From an uncultured Alphaproteobacteria bacterium (lineage in GTDB: Bacteria; Pseudomonadota; Alphaproteobacteria; UBA6615): a stretch of 64,000 nt of DNA. Of this stretch, positions 58,143 through 64,000 are shown piece by piece; position 1 is the stretch's first letter, and each line of letters begins with the position of its first letter. The stretch spans positions 84,983 to 148,982 of the forward strand of contig CALSNJ010000004.1 in the NCBI GenBank assembly GCA_943787745.1, in the 5' to 3' direction. The position numbers and the translations under genes were made by a program. The notes under the pieces were generated by a model. That model did not search any database and was not told the origin of the DNA. It worked only from the letters and a program-made list of their open reading frames with translations.

Positions 58143-58171
58143 AACTTACAAAGGCGTCGGTTTCGGGTCAA
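58143..58171 (-). promoter_or_regulatory. Candidate sigma70 promoter for the leader/ACT transcript
   Basis: Minus strand TTGACC-N17-TAAGTT, ending 9 nt before the leader ATG. Confidence 0.6.
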
Positions 58172-58257
58172 GAAATCGTCACCAAGCCGCAAACGTGTCG
58201 AAGCGCCGCAACCCGCAACCTCTCGTCACGTGATCAATCCGGCGATATGATCTGGTT

Positions 58258-58458
58258 ATGAATACTCTTCTCGTCCTTCTGCTGATCGCAATGATTGCCG
58301 TTGTCGGTGTCCTGATCTTTGGCCTGATCGCTATGGCCAAAGGCGGTGAATTCAACCGTAAATACGGCAACAAAATGATGCGTTGGCGCGTCGCCATTCA
58401 GGCATTCGCAGTTGTTCTCATAGTGATCTTCGTGATCGCGGCCTCCCAGCAAGGTTAG
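58258..58458 (+). CDS. Twin transmembrane helix small protein (HIG1 domain)
   Basis: Two TM helices flanking GGEFNRKYGNKMMRWRVAIQ. Confidence 0.9.
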   Translation: MNTLLVLLLIAMIAVVGVLIFGLIAMAKGGEFNRKYGNKMMRWRVAIQAFAVVLIVIFVIAASQQG

Positions 58459-58474
58459 GGCGAAACAAACAATC

Positions 58475-59059
58475 ATGGTCGAACTCAATCGCATCTACAC
58501 CCGTGGCGGAGACGCCGGTCAAACCTCGCTCGGGTCGGGGGATCGTGTTGCAAAACATGATCTGCGGGTAGCCGCCTATGGCACTGTCGACGAGACCAAC
58601 GCCACGCTGGGGCTGGCGCGATTGCATACAGGTGAAGACCGCGAGACAGACGAGATGCTCGCACGCATCCAAAACGATCTGTTCGACCTGGGAGCCGATT
58701 TGTGCACGCCCGAAGGCGATGCGCGCGCGGCGCGCAAACAGGAAGGTGCGCTCCGGATCGTGCCGGAACAAGTTGACCGGTTGGAGCAGGAAATCGATAC
58801 CCTCAATGAAAGCCTGGCGCCGCTGACCTCCTTCATCCTTCCCGGTGGAACGGCGGCTGCGGCTCATCTCCACATGGCACGAACCATAGCCCGCCGCGCC
58901 GAACGTCTGATGACCGAGCTTGCGACTCATGAAGACATCAATCCCAATGCTTTGAAATACATCAACCGACTTTCCGATCATCTGTTCGTGCTTGGGCGCC
59001 ATCTCAATGATGGCGGACGCGCAGACGTTCTCTGGAAGCCGGGGCAGAACCGCCAATAG
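58475..59059 (+). CDS. Cob(I)alamin adenosyltransferase, PduO type
   Basis: RIYTRGGDAG, AYGTVDETN, QNDLFDLGADL, FILPGG, RRAER, YINRLSD. Confidence 0.95.
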   Translation: MVELNRIYTRGGDAGQTSLGSGDRVAKHDLRVAAYGTVDETNATLGLARLHTGEDRETDEMLARIQNDLFDLGADLCTPEGDARAARKQEGALRIVPEQVDRLEQEIDTLNESLAPLTSFILPGGTAAAAHLHMARTIARRAERLMTELATHEDINPNALKYINRLSDHLFVLGRHLNDGGRADVLWKPGQNRQ

Positions 59060-59117
59060 CTATATGGAATGACGGTTTCGCGACTGTCTCACCAGACAAA
59101 CAGCGCTGGCCAGATTA

Positions 59118-59155
59118 TTGACTCCACAGAATGCCTTGGGCATGTTGCAGCGCAA
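59118..59155 (+). promoter_or_regulatory. Candidate etfBA-hbd promoter with overlapping TTGC-N3-GCAA palindrome
   Basis: TTGACT at 59118-59123, CATGTT 17 nt later, TTGCAGCGCAA at 59145-59155. Confidence 0.4.
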
Positions 59156-59206
59156 TAAAATTGCAACGCCGTAGAGCGAACTCACAAGAAACTACCGGGA
59201 AACCCA

Positions 59207-59956
59207 ATGAAACTGCTCGTCCCAGTCAAACGGGTGATCGACTACAACGTGAAGGTTCGGGTCAAATCGGACAATACCGGTGTCGAAACATCCAACGTCA
59301 AAATGTCCATGAACCCCTTCGACGAAATCGCCGTTGAGGAAGCCGTTCGGATGAGGGAAGCCGGCTCGGCCGACGAGATCATTGCCGTGTCCCTCGGTGT
59401 ACAGCAGTGCCAGGAAACGATCCGTACAGCACTGGCTATGGGCGCAGATCGCGGCGTCCATGTGAAAACCGATCAAGAGCTTCAGCCCCTTGCCGTTGCC
59501 AAACTTCTCAAGGCGCTTGTCGAGAAGGAATCACCTGATCTTGTGATCCTCGGCAAGCAGGCCATTGATGATGACTCCAACCAGACCGGTCAGATGCTGG
59601 CTGCTTTGCTGGACTGGCCGCAAGGCACTTTTGCCTCCGGGATCGAATTGTCAGATGGCAAAGCGAAGGTCATCCGCGAGGTTGATGGCGGGCTCGAGAC
59701 CATCGAGATCAACACGCCAGCCGTCATCTCCACCGACCTTCGCCTGAACGAACCACGCTATGCGTCCTTGCCAAACATCATGAAGGCAAAGAAGAAGCCC
59801 ATCGACGAAATGTCTCCCGAAGATCTGGGGGTCGATATCGGGCCGCGCCTGACGACCCTCAAGGTCGAAGAACCACCCAAACGTGAAGCTGGTGTGATGG
59901 TCGAATCCGTCGCCGAACTGGTCGACAAGTTGAAAAACGAAGCGAAGGTGATCTGA
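59207..59956 (+). CDS. etfB: Electron transfer flavoprotein beta subunit
   Basis: [54 protein letters not shown]. Confidence 0.97.
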   Translation: MKLLVPVKRVIDYNVKVRVKSDNTGVETSNVKMSMNPFDEIAVEEAVRMREAGSADEIIAVSLGVQQCQETIRTALAMGADRGVHVKTDQELQPLAVAKLLKALVEKESPDLVILGKQAIDDDSNQTGQMLAALLDWPQGTFASGIELSDGKAKVIREVDGGLETIEINTPAVISTDLRLNEPRYASLPNIMKAKKKPIDEMSPEDLGVDIGPRLTTLKVEEPPKREAGVMVESVAELVDKLKNEAKVI

Positions 59957-60909
59957 TGGCCATTCTCGTACTCGCCGAACACGACAACCAGTCGCTCAAG
60001 GCCGCAACCCTCAACACCGTGTCCGCCGCCCAGCAGCTCTCTGACAAAGGGGCTGGCGATATCACCGTGCTGGTTGCCGGATCAGGCTGCGGCGCTGTCG
60101 CAGACGCTGCTGCAAATATCGCAGGCGTGGCGAAAGTTCTCGTCGCGGACGATGCCGGACTTGCCCATGGGCTAGCAGAGAACCTGACAGCTGTGATCAT
60201 GGATGTCTCAGGGGATTACAGTCATATCCTGGCGCCTGCGACGACCTTCGGGAAAAACGTGCTGCCGCGTGTAGCAGCCCTGCTGGACGTTCAGCAGATC
60301 TCGGAAATCAGCGCGGTCGAGGACACCGACACCTTTGTGCGTCCGATCTACGCAGGCAACGCGATGGCCACAGTGAAATCATCGGATTCCACAAAGGTCA
60401 TCACAGTTCGCGCCACGACCTTTGATCCTGTCCCGGCCGAAGGCGGCTCCGCAGCGATCGAGAGTATTTCCGGTGGCGCAGACGAGGGTGTTTCCAGCTT
60501 CATCGAACTCTCCGAATCCAGCAGTGACCGTCCTGAGCTGACCTCGGCACGGGTGATCATTTCAGGCGGGCGCGGTATGGCGTCGGGTGAAAACTACGCC
60601 TTGATCGAACCCATCGCAGACAAACTTGGTGCTGCCATGGGAGCGTCACGCGCGGCCGTCGATGCAGGCTTCGTTCCCAACGACTGGCAGGTCGGGCAAA
60701 CCGGCAAGGTCGTCGCGCCAGAGCTTTATATTGCCGTCGGAATTTCAGGTGCGATCCAGCATCTCGCCGGCATGAAAGATTCAAAGGTCATCGTGGCCAT
60801 CAACAAGGACGAGGAAGCACCGATCTTCCAGGTCGCCGACTACGGTCTGGTCGCCGACCTGTTCAAGGCACTCCCCGAGCTCAACGACGAGCTCGAGAAA
60901 CAGCTTTAA
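59956..60909 (+). CDS. etfA: Electron transfer flavoprotein alpha subunit
   Basis: [42 protein letters not shown]. Confidence 0.97.
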   Translation: MAILVLAEHDNQSLKAATLNTVSAAQQLSDKGAGDITVLVAGSGCGAVADAAANIAGVAKVLVADDAGLAHGLAENLTAVIMDVSGDYSHILAPATTFGKNVLPRVAALLDVQQISEISAVEDTDTFVRPIYAGNAMATVKSSDSTKVITVRATTFDPVPAEGGSAAIESISGGADEGVSSFIELSESSSDRPELTSARVIISGGRGMASGENYALIEPIADKLGAAMGASRAAVDAGFVPNDWQVGQTGKVVAPELYIAVGISGAIQHLAGMKDSKVIVAINKDEEAPIFQVADYGLVADLFKALPELNDELEKQL

Positions 60910-60948
60910 ACGAAGACTGGCAAACTCAAGACTCCAGGGACAGAAAAA

Positions 60949-61821
60949 ATGTTGAACAAGATAGGCGTCATCGGCGCAGGGCAGATGGGCAGCGGCATCG
61001 CACATGTATGTGCGTTGGCAGACCGAGAGGTTGTGCTCATGGACATCGATCAGGGCGCCCTCGACAAGGCGATCACCAAGATCACCGGTGATATGGATCG
61101 CCAGATCAAGCGGACGCTGATCTCCGAAGAGGACAAAGCCGGAGCGCTGTCACGCATCAGCACGGTTACCGATGTCTCGGGCCTTTCGGATTGCGACATG
61201 GTGATCGAGGCGGCGACCGAAGATGAGAGCGTGAAGATGAAAATCTTCGACAGTCTTTGCCCGCATCTCAAAGACAGCGCCATCATCGCGTCCAACACCT
61301 CATCGATCTCGATCACACGCCTCGCAGCCGGCACCGACCGCCCGCACAAATTCATGGGCATGCATTTCATGAACCCGGTGCCGATGATGAAGCTGGTCGA
61401 GCTGATCCGCGGTCTCGCCACGGATCAGGAAACATTCTCGGAAGTTCAAGATCTCACAAAAGATCTCGGCAAGACCGGCACGGTGTCGGAAGATTTCCCG
61501 GCTTTTATCGTGAACCGCATTTTGCTGCCGATGATCAACGAAGCCGTCTACACGCTTTATGAAGGCGTCGGAAATGTCGATTCCATCGATAGCTCCATGA
61601 AGCTGGGTGCAAACCACCCGATGGGCCCGTTTGAACTGGCCGACTTCATCGGTCTCGACACTTGCCTGGCCGTCATGCAGGTGCTTTACGAAGGTCTTGC
61701 GGATTCGAAATACCGCCCGTGTCCGTTGCTGGTAAAATATGTCGAAGCCGGCTGGCTGGGTCGCAAGACCGGTCGTGGTTTCTACGACTATTCCGGCGAC
61801 ACGCCGGTCGCGACACGCTAG
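60949..61821 (+). CDS. hbd: 3-hydroxybutyryl-CoA dehydrogenase
   Basis: [48 protein letters not shown]. Confidence 0.93.
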   Translation: MLNKIGVIGAGQMGSGIAHVCALADREVVLMDIDQGALDKAITKITGDMDRQIKRTLISEEDKAGALSRISTVTDVSGLSDCDMVIEAATEDESVKMKIFDSLCPHLKDSAIIASNTSSISITRLAAGTDRPHKFMGMHFMNPVPMMKLVELIRGLATDQETFSEVQDLTKDLGKTGTVSEDFPAFIVNRILLPMINEAVYTLYEGVGNVDSIDSSMKLGANHPMGPFELADFIGLDTCLAVMQVLYEGLADSKYRPCPLLVKYVEAGWLGRKTGRGFYDYSGDTPVATR

Positions 61822-61839
61822 CCGACCTTTGGAATTGGT

Positions 61840-61913
61840 GTCATACGCGGACTTGATCCGCGTATCTCCTGCGTGGCTTTGAACGAGAGGCCCGGGTCAC
61901 GCCCGGGCATGAC
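61840..61913. repeat. Second copy of the GTCAT...ATGAC palindromic repeat
   Basis: GTCATACGCGGACTTGATCCGCGTATCTC ... GGGTCACGCCCGGGCATGAC; ends nearly identical to 9546-9617, middle different. Confidence 0.75.
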
Positions 61914-61951
61914 GGCTCAGGGGGCAAGGCTCCCAGCAAGCTGAAATAAGC

Positions 61952-62530
61952 TCAGCTGCCGTTCTTGGAAGCTTTGGCGTCCTGATCGAGGTACCAGTTC
62001 ACGAGCGCCAGAGCTTCGGGGGAATCCCATTCGGCTGTTCCCACCAGACGCCCGACTTCCTTGCCGTCCGGCGCAATCAGGATGGTGGTGGGCAGTGACA
62101 CAACGCCGATCGACCGAGAGAATTTCAGGCGTTCGTCAACGAAGTTGTCCGGGAAGTTCACATTGAGTTTATTCAGGAAACGTTCGGTCTGCTTAAAACC
62201 ACCGCGATCCTGACTGACAAGAACCACTTGCGCCTTGTCGTCCGGCAAAGCGGCATCGAGCCTCTCCAGCGAAGGCAACTCGCGAATACAGGGGCCACAC
62301 CAGGTGGCCCAGAAGTTCAGAACAACAAACTTGCCCTTGAACTGTTCAAGTGTCGTCTTGCCGCCATCCTTGGTGAGCACAGTGACATCCGAGGTCTCGA
62401 TCGGCTCGGGAAATGCCTCATAATTCTGCACCTGTCCCTCGATGGGAGGCCCGGATTCGGCCGAAACAGCCGCAGAAATGCCAACACTGAACACAAATGT
62501 GCTCAAAGCAATGAACAGAAAACCTTTCAT
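61952..62530 (-). CDS. TlpA-family thiol:disulfide oxidoreductase
   Basis: N-terminal anchor, LNFWATWCGPC, LPTTILI, GTAEWD; start could be 62542. Confidence 0.9.
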   Translation of the reverse strand: MKGFLFIALSTFVFSVGISAAVSAESGPPIEGQVQNYEAFPEPIETSDVTVLTKDGGKTTLEQFKGKFVVLNFWATWCGPCIRELPSLERLDAALPDDKAQVVLVSQDRGGFKQTERFLNKLNVNFPDNFVDERLKFSRSIGVVSLPTTILIAPDGKEVGRLVGTAEWDSPEALALVNWYLDQDAKASKNGS

Positions 62531-62583
62531 CCGGCGTATCATGGCGTTAAACGTCGCTCCCTGAATTGTGAGCCCGAGAAAAT

Positions 62584-63993
62584 ATGAGCCCGAACGAAAC
62601 ACGTAAGCCCGCCAACGCGCAATGGGGTGGTCGCTTTGCCTCCGGACCTTCCGAGGTGATGGAGCGCATCAATGCGTCCATCAGCTTCGACCAGCGCCTG
62701 TTCGCCCAGGATATTGCCGGGTCGCGGGCGCATGCCCGGATGCTCGTCGCGCGTGGCATCCTTTCATCAGAAGATGGGGATGCGATCGCAACGGGTCTAG
62801 ACACGATTTCGCGAGAGATCGAGAACGGCGAATTCACGTTCTCCGCCGCTCTCGAAGACATTCATATGAATATCGAAGTCCGGTTGCGGGAGCTTGTCGG
62901 TGACGCCGCTGGGCGGTTGCACACCGCGCGGTCGCGCAACGATCAGGTGGCAACCGATTTCCGGCTTTGGGTGCGGGACGAAATCGACGCGCTGGATATG
63001 CAATTGCAGGCCCTGCAGAACGCTCTGCTCGACAAGGCCGAAGCTCACGCCAACACCATCATGCCGGGCTTCACGCATCTGCAGACGGCGCAGCCGGTCA
63101 CGTTCGGGCATCACCTGCTTGCCTATGTGGAAATGTTCGGACGGGACCGGGGACGGTTTGCCGATGCGCGGACACGGCTGAATGAATTGCCGTTGGGTGC
63201 CGGTGCGCTGGCGGGAACCTCCTTCCCGATCGACCGGCACGCCGTGGCCGAAGACCTGGGTTTTGACCGGCCTGTGGCCAATTCACTCGACGCGGTCTCG
63301 GATCGTGACTTTGCGCTGGAATTCATGAGCGCAGCCTCGATCTGCATCACACACATCTCGCGGTTCTCTGAGGAGATCGTGATCTGGTGCAGTGACGGCT
63401 TTCGGTTCGTCGCGCTTTCGGATGCCTACACAACCGGCAGTTCGATGATGCCGCAAAAGCGCAACCCGGATGCCGCTGAACTCTCCCGGGCCAAGGCCGG
63501 CCGGGTATTTGGTGACCTTCTGGGCCTGCTGACCGTCATGAAGGGGCTCCCGCTCGCATATTCCAAGGATATGCAGGAAGACAAGGAACCCGTCTTCGAC
63601 GCGGCAGATTCGCTGGCATTGGCGCTCGCGGCCACGACAGGCATGATCACAGACATGGAACCGGTGATCGAGAATATGCGAGTCGCTGCTGGAAAAGGCT
63701 ACTCGACAGCGACGGATCTGGCAGACTGGCTTGTCCGCGTGGCTGATGTGCCGTTCCGCGATGCCCACGGCATTACCGGAGCCGTTGTGAAGCTTGCCGA
63801 GGATAAGGGCGTGGATCTGGTCGAGTTGTCCCTCGCCGAGATGCAGGCGATCGATTCCCGAATCACCGATGATGTCTTTGGCGTGCTTTCCGTTGAGGCC
63901 TCGGTCGCAAGCCGAACCAGTTTTGGCGGCACGGCGCCCGACAATGTCCGCACGGCCGTCGCAGACGCACGCGCAAGGTTTTCGGGAGAGTAG
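62584..63993 (+). CDS. argH: Argininosuccinate lyase
   Basis: [51 protein letters not shown]. Confidence 0.97.
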   Translation: MSPNETRKPANAQWGGRFASGPSEVMERINASISFDQRLFAQDIAGSRAHARMLVARGILSSEDGDAIATGLDTISREIENGEFTFSAALEDIHMNIEVRLRELVGDAAGRLHTARSRNDQVATDFRLWVRDEIDALDMQLQALQNALLDKAEAHANTIMPGFTHLQTAQPVTFGHHLLAYVEMFGRDRGRFADARTRLNELPLGAGALAGTSFPIDRHAVAEDLGFDRPVANSLDAVSDRDFALEFMSAASICITHISRFSEEIVIWCSDGFRFVALSDAYTTGSSMMPQKRNPDAAELSRAKAGRVFGDLLGLLTVMKGLPLAYSKDMQEDKEPVFDAADSLALALAATTGMITDMEPVIENMRVAAGKGYSTATDLADWLVRVADVPFRDAHGITGAVVKLAEDKGVDLVELSLAEMQAIDSRITDDVFGVLSVEASVASRTSFGGTAPDNVRTAVADARARFSGE

Positions 63994-64000
63994 TCATGGA

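Noticed and set aside
9544-61913. CRISPR array or IS ends formed by the palindromic repeats
   Set aside because: Copies are isolated, not regularly spaced; no cas or transposase genes seen.
63996-64000. ATG right after argH
   Set aside because: Only 5 nt visible; no call possible.

Overview
GC-rich bacterial chromosome segment, very probably an alphaproteobacterium (inferred from the conserved HIG1-pduO-etfBA-hbd/tlpA/argH and alkA-esterase-HNH/gluQ gene orders and from alphaproteobacterial-type palindromic repeats). The left ~51 kb is a dense catabolic region: a boxC-boxB-benzoate-CoA ligase cluster with no boxA, a Liv-type ABC importer, two bifunctional beta-oxidation enzymes, an ACAD10/11-type (Lva-like) kinase/dehydrogenase/SDR set, two GGT-family Ntn hydrolases, tandem GSTs and a CoxGMSL-like molybdenum hydroxylase that is not a form I CO dehydrogenase. 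A tRNA-Leu(CAA) precedes a mostly housekeeping right part. I saw no CRISPR array, integrase, transposase or recognisable DNA-binding regulator gene. Best leads: (1) a candidate Ile/Leu leader-peptide translational attenuator (promoter, uORF and long hairpin) upstream of a stand-alone IlvM-like ACT protein; (2) the BoxA-less Box pathway; (3) Cys-ligand losses in HisI (next to a COG0523 GTPase) and in an HNH nuclease; (4) two single-base frameshifts (GST, coxG) that may be assembly errors. All calls come from motif recognition by eye; no searches were run. Many start codons were moved from the ORF track to the more plausible downstream start.
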